DNA of 64,000 nt, taken from contig CM120640.1 in assembly GCA_051362555.1 (NCBI GenBank), positions 36,909,967 through 36,973,966 on the forward strand, read 5' to 3'. The notes under the pieces are model-generated. The model was not told where the DNA came from. It searched no databases and worked only from the letters and a program-made list of their open reading frames with translations. The translations under genes and the position numbers were made by a program. This stretch comes from Lingula anatina. Lineage: Eukaryota > Animalia > Brachiopoda. Each line of letters opens with the position of its first letter. The first letter of the stretch is position 1. This document shows positions 1 through 13,600 of this stretch, piece by piece.

Positions 1-2624
1 GTAACGTGATAATGCTCAACATATTTTAATACTAACATGGCATTTCCATGTTTAGCATGTGCATATAAGTGTTCTGTCAGCTTTTTGCTCATATTTGCTT
101 CTTAATAAACTGGGAGTCATTTCTAAGTGGCAGTTAGTCATTATGTTGCAATGTGTTTTTTTTTTTAATGCCTCCCAAAGTTACATTAACGGAAACCCAG
201 TGTGTAATCTGATGTTAAGTCTGTGTTGTATGGTTCACAACCTAATTTGTATTTATAGAGTGCAGTGACTATTTGCACCTTAGGGAATAAAAGCAAAATG
301 TGCATAATTCTGTTACAGTATGTTGTGCAGCAATATTTTTTCAAGGCTAACATTGGCCCATGTAAAAATTGGATTATGGATGCAATGATTTCTTCCCATT
401 TCATTGCTTCCATACTTTGTGAAGAAATGGGGGAATATAGACAGTGGGAAGATGGGCAATTCCTATCTGCTCAATGTCCCTTGTGGCCATCAGGAGGTTT
501 ACTGGTAATTTCTAAGATTGATGTTGGATGATGTGGCTGGAATTGGTCGACAAAGCATTTGTGATCATTTGCCTTCAGTAACTTTCAACTTTAGATTCTC
601 TTCACTGCACTGGGAAGACATCAGGCAGGCAGGGCTATATGGGTATGTTGATATTTATTACAGGTTATTTCATTACACGCAAGTCAATACTAGGACAGTT
701 GTGTCTGAAGGTTAATGAGTTCAGCCTATTGGAAATGTGACTGTCCATTAATATGTAGGTATCATGACTGTGTGGGTGTGTTAACAAGAATGGCGATCAC
801 TTTCTCTGGTGGCAGATGTACACATATTAGAGCTCTTGGGAAGACATGATGAAATGGGATAGAAGTAGACATCGGATCACCACATCCACTGCTAAATGTT
901 GTTCATAATCAGATACAAGTTTCCTAAAGACTGCTTAACAATTGCTATTTTAATCAAAGCAGTCATGCCATAGCAATTCCATTTTGTCGAGCAAGGACTT
1001 TTACAAAAAGGGACCATTTGCTTAATTTTTAGACCTTTCGAAACAAGGTCTCTGATGCCTTCTTGGTGCAGGGAAGAGAATCTAAGTTACTGCTGGCAAG
1101 GTCTCTTAACTGAATGCTTTGTAGGCTAATGTTTAGTGGATTCTTTGAAACAACAGTACTGACAAGGGCCAGGTGTGGTCATGAAAAAAATATGGTGTCA
1201 GCATGATATGCTTCATTTCAAGGAATATCTCTTTTTCATTTCTTTTTGTAGTTTCTTACCTGCAACCTTTCAGTATGAGCTAGTATCTGGACTTGTGGTT
1301 ATGGGAAAAAAACTTGCCATTATCTTCCAATATTTTTGTTTTTTATCATAGCAGATTCCAAGTTGAAAATGTTCTTTCTGGAATATCAGCATGTATTGCT
1401 TACCTCATAAAGACAGCAACAATAAGTGTAGTGTAATTCAGAACCTGTGGCAGGCAGTACCTTTACACAAACAGTGGAGTCAAAGGCGATTATTCATTTT
1501 ATATATTCCACTGATTCTTATTCTATAGGGCCCCGAGATGATGATTCATCTAGTCCTTGTGATTCCTGAACCTACTTATCATATATTCATTCCCCATTTC
1601 CCTCTCTATTACTGCTCTTTGTAGCAGCATACACCTTTTGTGTCAGTCCACCAAGTCATATTGAACCACCATAAATGCTGATTTCTACCAGCTAAACAAG
1701 TCTTATTGATGATATTAATGGTAGTGTGGTTACATGTACAAATGTAGGATTGCACTCATTATGAGACAATGTTTTTTGATACAAATGCATGCAGCCTTGA
1801 TTAAAAGTGTCAGAAAGTGACTCCACATCTAGGTATAATTCAATTTTGATACCAATCTCTGATTTCGTGTAAAAATTAGTGATTTTTGTATGTCTTGATT
1901 ATCAACTTCAAGTACATTTTATTCTCTTGTTCATCAAGGTTATTTGGTGTCTTTTCCGGTATTTAGTTCAGTCAGTGAGATAACAGGTCAATTCCTTGCT
2001 GACAGGAGAGAGAGAGAGAGAATCATAAAAATGTGTCACATAATTTTGCTGCCTTATTCAAGAATACAGTGTTGTCACGTGAACACTGTTACTTGCACAA
2101 ATATAAGAAAACAAAGAATGTGAAAGAAGATGGTAAAAATGATCATTTTGATAGCAAGTCATGTAAAGAATAATCTGAGGTGTTGTTATGGTAGAGTTGC
2201 TTCAGATAACTCGCAGGCTGGTTGAGTTGACTTCTGACCTTACTGTGCTGTGTGGGAGCTATTAAAACGACCTCAGTTTGTCCACTTGCCGCAAAGGAGG
2301 GACAATTTGTGGTCATTATATTATGAACACATTAACCGACCATTGAGCTTGTAGTCAGATGAGAGCCTAGCAAATGAATGCTATTCTAAGGATAAATGCT
2401 GATATAAAACTGATGAAGAGCCTTTACATGTCATGTTCACTGTTTCATTTCTGTCAATAAGGGGATAAATATTATCTAGCTCATATTATACCTATTTCAT
2501 GTATTTAATGATTGACATAATGGTTTCCATTGATTTTTGCACATGAAAGATTATTTTTCATGAATCTTTTTCTTTTTTTTTACTTTCAGATCTCTACGGT
2601 GGCGCCTGTGCTATAGTAGCCACA

Positions 2625-5245
2625 ATGGGGAAGCTAATATCTAAGATATTTGGGAACAAGGAGATGAGAATTCTCATGTTAGGACTAGACGCAGCAGGGA
2701 AAACCAGTATCCTTAAAACCTGACAATCTGTCCTCAGACAGGCTCTGTATTTTGGTTGCATTGTCTGTTCTAGTGGCAAAAAGAATCTCTTTCCCACTGA
2801 GAAACAACCTCATATTATAAGACCTGGAAGTGGGATAGTTGAACAAACAAAATGGTGTGGGCTTCAGGACACTCAGTGTCAGTTTTCAGTTGCCTATTCA
2901 CATAACATAGGCTACCATGTGTATGACATTTCCTGTAACATTTTATATCATTTTGAGATTAGTAGAATAACTTGTTTTATGCACCATATTTGTCATATGC
3001 CTGCATACATTATGTTTCATTCGTGCTTTGACTCTGATGTGGGATGCGTGGTATGTTTTGAATATTTGTGTAGCAGTTGTTGGTCTGATTAGGACATAAA
3101 ATTAATAATTTTGATTGTTTTACCTTAACCACATTTTCAGCTGTATTGTACAAACTCAAATTAGGTCAATCTGTCACAACCATTCCAACAGTAGGATTTA
3201 ATGTAGAAACTGTTACTTATAAAAATGTCAAATTTAATGTATGGGTAAGTACATCAAAATTTCTTTACCGTTTTGATATGAGTGATAAGGGCCTATTGCT
3301 CATGCCTCAGTAATGTGAGATATTTAATGTGATTGCAATGTAGAGTCTGAGCAAAATGCTGGTGATAAAATCCTGAAGTGACACCCAAAGCTCAACAGTC
3401 TGAGCATTTGGATTTGGAAGAGATGTGTAAATATTTCTTATAATGCAGTGAATATTGAAAATAGAATATTGGAAATGACTGCATATGTCCGTGAAAAAAC
3501 TTGGCAGTTTAGATTTGCTGTCTGTAAGCAGTATATAAATTTTCTATTTGTGTTGTCTTTCTAGTTTGGAAGAACTTTTACCCACTTTCTTTTCTTTTAA
3601 GTAAAATACTTGCTGCTATGCATGATGAATTTGCAGGAATCGTTCTGCATTGTTAAATGATTTGCTTTTGTAAAACAGTACTTTAAGGATCAGAATTAGT
3701 TGTAGTTTATACTAGAAAATAATATCAGATTATTGCAATGTAGCAAGATCTGCCCTATACTAATTTCTCTCCAGATTATTCTATTTATAATCATCATAAC
3801 ATTATATTGAAAACCAGTATAAGGTGCTGTTATATTTCATTGTGGATTGATGAAAATGATGAAAATTTCTTGTCTTTCTGTTCAATGCGGTTTCCATTTC
3901 CCATTACTTTTAGGATGTAGGGGGCCAAGATAAAATCCGTCCCCTATGGAGACACTACTATACAGGCACCCAGGGGCTGATATTTGTTGTGGACTGTGCA
4001 GATAGAGATAGGATAGATGAAGCCCGCCAGGAACTCCACAGAATTATCAATGATAGAGAAATGAGGGATGCAATCATCTTAATTTTTGCCAATAAACAAG
4101 ATCTACCAGACGGTATGAGTGATTATTTTTATTAAATTTGTTAATTATTTTCAAGATTTATGCATTACCATTGGGGAGAGAAAAGCTGTACTTGTCTGCA
4201 AACAATGATTTCCTTGTAAATCATTTACCAGATGCAATGCATATATGTAAATCAATAGCCATCCTTATAAGTTTTGCCCAGGTCAACATTCTGATATGGA
4301 GAATGGGCTATTGATGAAAAGAGAGCTGGTAACTACTTTAGGATGCATGTCAAGGTGTGAATGGGAATATGAGGAATTTTTTAATGTACTTCGTATTCAT
4401 TTGGCTGGTAATCTACAGGAAGTCATATGCATTGCTTAATTTTGCATCTCATTATTCATACTTTGGACAACTTCTTACAAACAGAACATGCATTTAAACA
4501 TTAATATAGGAATACTTTTTATTTATTTTTATCTGTTTTTATCACGTGTTAAAATATTATAAATATCTGGGCATTTGGGAGGTCTTTATTTTGACATTTT
4601 TAACATGGTTAAGTGAGCTGTGCATGTACAGATTAAATAATGGACACTTACCCATAAAAAGTTATTTGAGCTGACAAGACATTTTTGGACTTTCATTTTC
4701 AAGTTTTATTTAGTCGTTATGCTATTAAATTGTAGGTCACAGGAGTGGGAATCTGAAAAAAAAAATCAACATATTTCATCTATTACAAACTTTCTAATAA
4801 TTTTCAAGTTAGAGAAAATGGCTCCCAGCTTCCCCACACATACTAGCAATCTCGATTTGTGGCTTTAGGAATAGAATTTTAATGTTGGAATAGAAAGACA
4901 TTTTTCTTGTAATTAATAATTTTCATAATAATAATAGTTTTATTGTCACATTTATACATATAAAAGTGCAGAATAAAAATTAATTGATAAGAAGTCCATG
5001 TAAGTGGTGGTGATAGATGATATTTACAACTTTTTGTAATGCTTATATGTACACAAATATATTTTGTATATATGCTATATAAAATTTGCATCTTTTTTCC
5101 AGCAATGAAACCACACGAAATACAAGAAAAGCTCGGACTGACACGAATACGTGATCGTAACTGGTATGTTCAGCCATCATGTGCAACAACGGGAGACGGG
5201 TTGTATGAGGGATTAACATGGCTCACATCGAATCACAAGTCATGA
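2625..5245 (+). CDS. ARF6: ADP-ribosylation factor 6 (175 aa, 4 coding exons)
   Basis: Exons 2625-2706, 3141-3244, 3914-4112, 5103-5245 (528 nt, phases consistent). Translation [83 protein letters not shown]...[54 protein letters not shown] is near-identical to class III ARF (ARF6). An acceptor at 2589 implies an upstream non-coding exon outside or at the edge of the window. Confidence 0.98.
2707..3140 (+). other. U12-type (minor spliceosome) GT-AG intron in ARF6
   Basis: 5' splice site GTATCCTT at 2707; branch point TACCTTAAC at 3121-3129, about 11 nt before the CAG acceptor at 3140; no real polypyrimidine tract; splicing restores GKT-T-VLYKLK. Confidence 0.9.
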
Positions 5246-7637
5246 TATGGAACTGTTCTAGGGCTCTTAGTCAAAAACAGGTGCTTGACTGCGTACCTTG
5301 GGATTACAGAGAAACATTTTTTGCCAGCTGTAAGCCGGGATGGTGACTTAGTGCTGCTACTGCAGTGACACTGGGTGACATAAATAACAGCAGCAGCAGT
5401 TTTGTTCAAACACCTCGCCGTCAATGTGATTCAGTTTCCTTTAAAAAAAAGCTTAAGTCATAATATATTAAGTATTGAGGCTTAAATGATTCTTAAGAGT
5501 TACCTAGCAACAATATTATTATTTAACAAAGTGAGGAGGGGGCTTCCTGTTAATGTAAAAATGATTGGAAAAAAAACTAGAGACCAACTTATGATAATTT
5601 TGAACTGAAAAGTGTGATCAAAGTTGTTCTTGAAAACATACGGAAAGTTTTTATAACCCATTTCTAACATGTTTGTTATCATTTTCATGGTAGACCAGTG
5701 GTTTTCTGTCATCAGATAATGTTGCAAGCACAAGGTGCTGCAAAAGTAGAACTCTGGCGCCTTGGTTAATCGTCTGTCACTTCGACTGGTTCAATTTATC
5801 GTCTCGGATTTTTTTAAGTTAAGTGCATCATATACTATTGCTAAATTATTTTTTGAAAACAAGATGAAAAGTTAATGCTGAAAGTTGTGGAGTAGCATTT
5901 TAGCTGCAATTTTTTCTTTTATATGATTGCAAAAAAGGGTTGCAACTGATTCCAGAAGTTCAAGAAACCCCACTTATATTACTAATACTTAAATAGATAG
6001 CTGCCATTAACATGTGTACAGCTAAATATTGTACACTGGTATAGAGAACAATTGGTTGTAAATATATATATATATTATTAAAAAAGACTACTTTTAAAAC
6101 AGCAGAGGTGCATATTTAAAAGACATTTGTCTATAGCCCTGTGTTTGAATGCTTGCTTGGTATTGTTGAGTGTAGAATAGCAAAACCACAGTTCTGAATG
6201 CTGGTTGAGCACATATGCCATCCCCCTCCTACTTATTCCATATCTTGAGCAAAATTGCATTGTAAAATGAATATTTGTATATAGAGGTCAACCAAGATGG
6301 CTTTGTGTATGTTAATAGTCTTGCGAGTATACATTCTACCATCAAGGCATGATTTTGTACTCACAACATCACATTAAATATTTCAAAACATAATTTATTT
6401 GTTTTATTTTCAGTAAGAAAGTTGCCTCATTCTTAAACTGACAATGCATAGGATAGTGTTTCTTAGTTTTATTTGTGTTTTTGACCATCACTAATGAGAT
6501 CTAACTTCAAAAATGCCCCCAAAATTTTAGACATTTTTCCACCTTCCATTTTAAAAGAAATTGTGCAGTTTTTTTCCTCTGGTTAAATTTCTTATGAATA
6601 TATTAAGTTCCTTTTATTTTGAGAGTTGAAGGGAACAAATTTTGTTTGAATCTAAAAAACACTGAAGAGTTTTAAGACCCTTCTTGGCATCTTGGAAATT
6701 CTAGTTGGTGGATTTTTGAGAAATGTGAGTTACCAAAGTTGTTTTGAGTGAAATACAGCACAAGCAATTAATATAAAATGTTGCACGAATGTGAAATATG
6801 ATGTTCTCTAATAGAGTTTGCCTTTCATCATCTTTCATCCTGTCTGAAGTGGATGCCCCACATATAATATGAAGAAAAGATAAAATTTACAGAAACAAAT
6901 ATTTTTGCTAAAAAAATTTTTATTTTTAAATCTAAATAGTCTGATGGCCATGGAAAATAAGGAAGAAAATTTCAGACATGCTGATTTGCTGTTATTATAA
7001 AGGCTATTGTAGCTCTCAAAAAAACTGAGCGGATATATACATGTATTTAGGCATAGCAACTACCTATAGTATCCTAAAAGCATGATGTTGGAAAGTAAAT
7101 TTCTTTTATAAAAAAAGGTAACGTCTATGCGTGACCTATTATTTCTATAAATGAGGGGGGTGATGTCTTAGCCGTTGTCTTCGTTCTCTGTCTCTAATAT
7201 TCAGGGGCAGTGTAGGCCCTATATTGCCCGTTCCTTAAACCTTAAGAAAACATTTAAAGAGCATTTGACCATTAATAAGTTTAAAGCAAATTGTATTAAC
7301 AAATAAGCTGAATCATGTAAGTTGATCATGTATCATAAGTCTAAGATTTAAAGTACGCATTCATCTAGTTGGCATCATCGGGCATCATATCTGAATCCCA
7401 GGACAAATATGTAAAATGCGTTAGATGTGACAGAAAACACCTAACACATCTTTGGAGCTCATCGTTGACCGTTTCCTTCTCTTGCAAAATTTGTATAATC
7501 TAATATGTAGAAAGAATGCTTTCACCAGCTTCTAGAATTGACACACATTCTTCTGATTTAAATTAAGACAAAGTATGACATTTATTTTATTACTACCAAT
7601 CAAATAACATCTGGGTATTTTGTTCCATGTGTCGGTG

Positions 7638-7670
7638 AACGGAAGCAAGTCCTTAACCCAAAATGGCGGC
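7638..7670 (+). promoter_or_regulatory. Housekeeping-type promoter motifs of PLAA (ETS CGGAAG; YY1-like AAAATGGCGGC overlapping the ATG)
   Basis: AACGGAAGC at about 7638-7646 and AAAATGGCGGC at 7660-7670 directly at the start codon; motif match only. Confidence 0.45.
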
Positions 7671-10600
7671 TCCCTACAAAGTTCGGTGTTTTCTGCTTGG
7701 TCATGAAAAAGATGTGAGGTCGGTTGCACCTGCCTTTTTCCCCGACGGTTCTTTTGTATCAGGATCTCGAGACGTGACTGCCAGACTATGGGCTCCAAAT
7801 GAGTAAGTCACAAATGTATTATTTAAGTAGGGTGCACACATGATATTTTTCTAAGTGAGCTAGAGACTTGAAATTTGGTGCACAGATAGCCACACATTTG
7901 AGTATGAATAATCAATTTAAATTTTTAATCTATCTCATTTAGATCAAAAGTTATTCAAGTTTTAGTAACACCATGTTTGTTCTTTTTTTCAGGCGCCATT
8001 TTCAAAAATGAGACAAAAGTTGCCCCCATCATTTTTCATCCCCTTAATATTGTCACTGACATTTGAAAATTGACACACATTAAGTATAGAAGTTGGGCAT
8101 TAACCCAAAGTTTAAATTTTGGTTCTAGCATTTTCCTAAGCAGAGTTATGTGCATGTGAATTAAGCAAAATGAAGGATTTTTTGACGGTAAATGCTAGAA
8201 AATACAAGTTTCTTAGGTTTTATTAATCAACAAGACTAAAACTCTTGGCAGAATAGTTGTCTTACATATGAGTATTAGTACAAAATTAATAGTATAAGTA
8301 GCAAATTGTCATTGTGAAAAAAAAACAATCATTCAAACTCAGGAACAACCCACACCCTGGGGATCATAAGGTTATTCTTGCATATGTACTCTTACTCCTT
8401 AGTATCGAACACATATGTATAGTATGTACATGGCACATAATTTTCTTTTATGATAAACTTCCTGCAAAAAATAAAAATGCCCCCACTTCTGAGGATGTTA
8501 CCCCCATGCATATTTCCATCACCCCTGCTTATAAATGCTGATTAGGCAGTTTGTAATAAAATTCTCTCTCTCCAGCAGTTGTCTTGATATTAGTATAAAC
8601 CAAAATTTAATTATATATTTCATGTCAGAAAACAATATCTGGTGAGATTGAAAGAAAATAAATCAAGCTATATACATGTAGCACCTGTGATATACTACTA
8701 TTTAAACCTACTAGTAATGCATAAATGTTTTAAAGCTTAAATATCATTGAAAATTAACTTGCCACGTATGAATGATAGACTTAATTTTTTTAATTCATGT
8801 GACTTAACAGAGTTTTCTGATCCAAGATTATATTGAAAAAGTATAAGAATTATCTGTAACAATATTTGTGCTTCCAATTTGTCTACCAATTTAAGTAAAG
8901 AATACACAAATGTGATTTAACCTCTGTTATAGGGAATTCTTGCACCACAAAACTGATTATTTTAGTTTTAAAAAGCTGTTGGTTCAACTATACTACAGAA
9001 GTCTACATATATAAAAAGTAAATATAATATATCAATACAAATGACAGTAAGTTTTAAAAGGGAACTTGAGCTATTTTAAGTCTTTGGCACGGAGATATAT
9101 GAAAACAACATTTGTAAATCACAAAAAAAAAAAAAAAAAGAAAAAAATGGATAACCTATTGTCTCTTGTTGGCTTCCTCAAAATTTTTTTTTTATTATAT
9201 TTCGATTTACGTCCATCTCCTAAAGTTTTAGATATAAATATAATTATATACATATACTTAAATCTAAAGTTCTTCACACAAATACCTACATGAACATAGA
9301 AATTTCCAAAAGGGACTTAACAATATTCACACCTTCCAGGTCATTTGAAGTCTTTGGCAAAGATGTGTAAACAGCATACGTAAATCACACACCAAAAAAA
9401 AAAAATAATAATAATAATTAATCAATAATAAACAGGGCTCAACACAAACGGTTGTCCGCTTGCCCGGGGCAACTAAAATCTGCCGTCAGACAAGTAAATT
9501 TTACGCCCAGTTGCCCGGCGGGCAAGTGAATTTTTTTTCCTTTTGTCAGTACAATGTTAGATCTGATGTTAAAAGATTGAAGCATTATACGTTTTTCCCT
9601 TTTTGCACAATAACGTCACAAACTGTAACATACGTCAATGCAAGATTTCTAAAAATAACTGGCAGTCACTATCTCCGTCGGCAGTGCCTCGTTTTCAGAG
9701 TGCTGTCATTTTCTATAATTTGAAGTATTTAGTCAAACTAAAACGAGGCAAGTTGTTCTTGGAAAAATGTAGCCACGTGATTAAAGTTAAGAAGGCACTC
9801 TCTCACATTTATTTGGCACTTTTTGTATTGGTTGGGAAATATTTAGAAGCATATAATTTCCAAGCTTTAACCACGAAAGAAGTGGAAAATAACCAGTCGC
9901 ACTGTTGCTAAGTGAGAGTTTGCAGGGACCAGCTTGCGGTGTTTTTGACCAGTTAGCAGACTGATAGAGATTTCCCGGACTTGAAATGCTTATAGTTTAT
10001 ATATTTAGCAACAGTTTCAGAGAGAAACAGGAGGAAGAGTAAGCTTCCTTAAAGTATGGACATTTTAATTGATGAAGTTGGATAAATATGTTAACTTTTT
10101 GAACCCACCCAATAAAAGCAGTGTACTACACAAATACTTTTTTGAGGGAGCGAGTGAGCACTTGTCAGTATCCAGACAGTGTGGCACCGATCATGGTCTG
10201 TCACAAGCACTTCAGAGCGCTTTGTTGACCTAGTTTTTTTTACACTTTAATGAATGTGGAAGTCTGTCTAGGAGTATTATTTGATCTCCTCTACATTTTA
10301 AATCATTGGCTTTACTGTTTATTCACTGAAAAAAAGGTATATGAGCTAAGTTAATACCACAGTTTTCTTAGTTAAAATGCCACCAATTCAATACTTGGCT
10401 TCAAAAATGTCGATTCTAAACAGCCATGGAGAAGGGGGATCCTCATTCTAGCAATTGTAGGTGCTAAGTATGCAATTATTTATTAATGAATTTTTTTATT
10501 ATGCTTAGCTTAACTTCATTTACTTCTCAAGACATATGAAACAGGACAATTATGTCACTGTGCCACATAAAATGTTGAAAAATACCCTAAAATGCACCAA

Positions 10601-13600
10601 AGTGCACCTTGATTGAGTGCAGAAAAGTGCTATGAAGTAATCAGTGGCATTTTAGATTTTACTATCAAATTATCATTTGTGTAATTTGGTGTTGTCAAGG
10701 CAATCGTACTATATATTAAAGTGAATTTAATTATATTAAGATCAATTTTTGAAGTTTCAAAGTATTGTTTATTTTCTATTGATTTTATCAGCTGTTCTGC
10801 AGAAATAAAGAAATGTTTTATTTTTTATAAATAGAAAAAAATAAAGAAGTTGGGGATAGTGACCGACCTATCTATACTTGATGAGTAAATGTAAAAGAGT
10901 TGGTTCTTGTAAGAGCATATTTTATAAGTAACAATGTTATGTCTATCAGTCACCATCCTGAGGAGTGTGGGCATTGCAACATTTATGCATTTGTATTCTT
11001 ATAGATATCCTAATTTTATGCTACATCATAGTGGAGGTGTGCCTTTTTTCTTTTGTTTAGAATCTGTGACAAATTTGAAATTTTAGTGATGTGCATTACA
11101 AAATGTGACATTCCACCAATCAACCTGCTCATGGAGAAAATAACTCAAAGATGACACTATTGATTTTTTATAAATCAATAAAATTTAATGCTTCAAATGA
11201 AAAAAACTGCATATCGAGTGGTTTAAAATTTTTCACTAATAATGGGCAAGTTGAGGCAGAGGAAGGGCAAGTAAAAATATCTGGCAGGTTGCCCTGGGGC
11301 AACCTGGTTAAAAAATTTATGTTGAGCCCTGATAAATCTGTCAAGGCCCCATTAAGACCTTTATAATCAGTCAGAGACGCTAAACCCAAGAAGTTACAAC
11401 TCCTTGCTAAACCAGACAACCAAGAAGAAGAGTCAGGATTATTCAATGTATTGATGCCGCAAAACGGATGAAAACACCTGCTCAGAGTTAAATAATTATG
11501 TCAAAGAAGCTTGTCAAAGGCCACTCAGGCTTTAACTTTTTAGTGCATTTCACCATGATTCCCAACAAACTCATCACAATCAGGATTTTCTCTGTTATTA
11601 TCACTTCTAGCTGATGTATGCAAGCGATGTTACATTTTTGTTAAGCGTACGCAGTAAAAATTGACCTCGACTGGCTGCGGTCAACAAGCGTGTGCGAGAG
11701 GGGGGGGGGGGGGGCGTTGAAATAAATTACAAAAAAAATATTTGCCCAAATTTGCCCAAAAATCTGAAATGTTGGTTAGAAACCTTAGTCCTTGTTCTTC
11801 TACATGGCATATATTTTGTCTTGCCGCCCTTTGCCGACTTCAAAAAATAAATCAGTTTAAAAGTTTGCCCTTAAAAATTTTCACTTCTGACCTCTCGTAG
11901 ATCGCGGAAACAATACCCAAAAGGAAGTAACAGCTGTTCTCTATCACGTGTTAAGGTAGGGTTGTTCCAGATGCAGTAGTTGAGACACGCCGTGCATTGT
12001 AAGAGCGGGTTGAAATCTGATACTCTGGGGACAGTTTTAATGGCGCTTCGCAAAATAGAACAACTAACGCCACCTAGGGACGTCTGCGCTCGCTAATTTA
12101 AGTGTTAAACGTGATATAACATATCTGCTTCGTCACTTTTTATTGTCTTTCAAGTTTTATTTTACATTATAATACATTAATTTCACGTTGAGGCTGTGTG
12201 GCTTAAACCGTGACGGTGTTTTAAACGTGCTTAGTCAAAACATGATATTTATGTGTAGATCAAGAGAAATACATCTGGGTTAAAGTTTTCAGAAATATGC
12301 CTGATTTCAGGATTTTCTGTCTTCACTTTGATCGTTTATTTGCTTATGGTATAAATGCGATGAGAGATTGCAAGCTATGTTTTCAAGATTTTCAGTTTCT
12401 ATTACTTTCACCCATGCAATCAGTTACACAGCCTACATCAGGATATTCTGAATAAAACTCTCTAACACACTGTTACACATATTTATGGTAAATTTGATAT
12501 GCTGTGAATAGCTGTTTAAGTTTTCTCTTTAGCAATAATACTGATGATAATGATAATATAAATTATCCATCTCTGATGCATTCAGTAAACATGTCAGTCC
12601 AATTTACATAAAATCTTTTCAAAATACTGTAGTAAAAATAAAAATGGCAATGAAAATAAAAAGAAAAAACAAACAATAAACAATCATTTTGCAGCATTGA
12701 GTACATCCAGTCACTGTTTATTTTTCAGGTCTAACTGTCAATTCACAGAAGCCCATGTGATGAGCGGTCACAGTAACTTTATCAGCAGTGTCACTGTCAT
12801 GCCTCCAAGTGATCAGTATCCTCAAGGATTGATCATGACAGGCAGCAATGATAATTCTATTCTAGCCTTCACGCTTGAATCTCCCCAGCCTGTATTTAAA
12901 CTTACTGGTCATGATGATACTGGTGAGTGATTATAATAATGTGATGACTTATTGCAAAACCTTGTGTATCATTTGGAAGGTCACACTGTTCAAATTTCAA
13001 AATGCTTTTAAAAAGTAAATAATACAGCTGCAAGAATTGTTATCTATAAAAGTATTGTAAGCTTTCATGCTCATATTAAAACCCTGACAGTACGTACTTT
13101 GTAGTGTTAATAAGTATGTTATTAGTGAGAAATGTACCATTACATTATTTGTATGAGTTTCCTAGCACAACAGTTCATTTAATAGATGATATAATACAAG
13201 GCATCAAATTGTCAAGTAGTATTTTGAAACCAGATGCAGACACTTGGCTAAACATTTGTCAGCTCCAGCTTGATTATATGTGTATATCCTTGCTTGTCAT
13301 TCTTACTTTAAACGGTGGATTGTATCATCAGTATTATTATTATTACTATTGTTGTCATTATTAATTTGGAAAATATTGTTTATTGTGTCTGTACTATCTT
13401 CCAGTTTGTGCATTAGCTGCAGGAAGGTTTGGCACTCTACTCAGTGGTTCTTGGGATAATACTGCTAAAGTATGGCTCAACCAGAAATGTGTCATGACTC
13501 TTAAAGGTATCTACTGGAGCAAATCAATCACATCACTTCAATTTTGTCATTTTCAATTAATTTTAGATTAATTTGAACATCGTGTCATTTTTACAATTTT

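Noticed and set aside
59-715. Short ORFs at the window start
   Set aside because: Probably within the ARF6 5' UTR intron; no motifs, several non-ATG starts.
1538-1569. ATGATGA...CTGA resembling C/D snoRNA boxes in the ARF6 upstream intron
   Set aside because: Boxes only about 30 nt apart, no terminal stem or later D box.
7829-9420. Transposon-like sequence in PLAA intron 1 outside the 9433 element (also 11640-12480)
   Set aside because: Looks repeat-derived, but I could not pair termini or TSDs, so no element is called.
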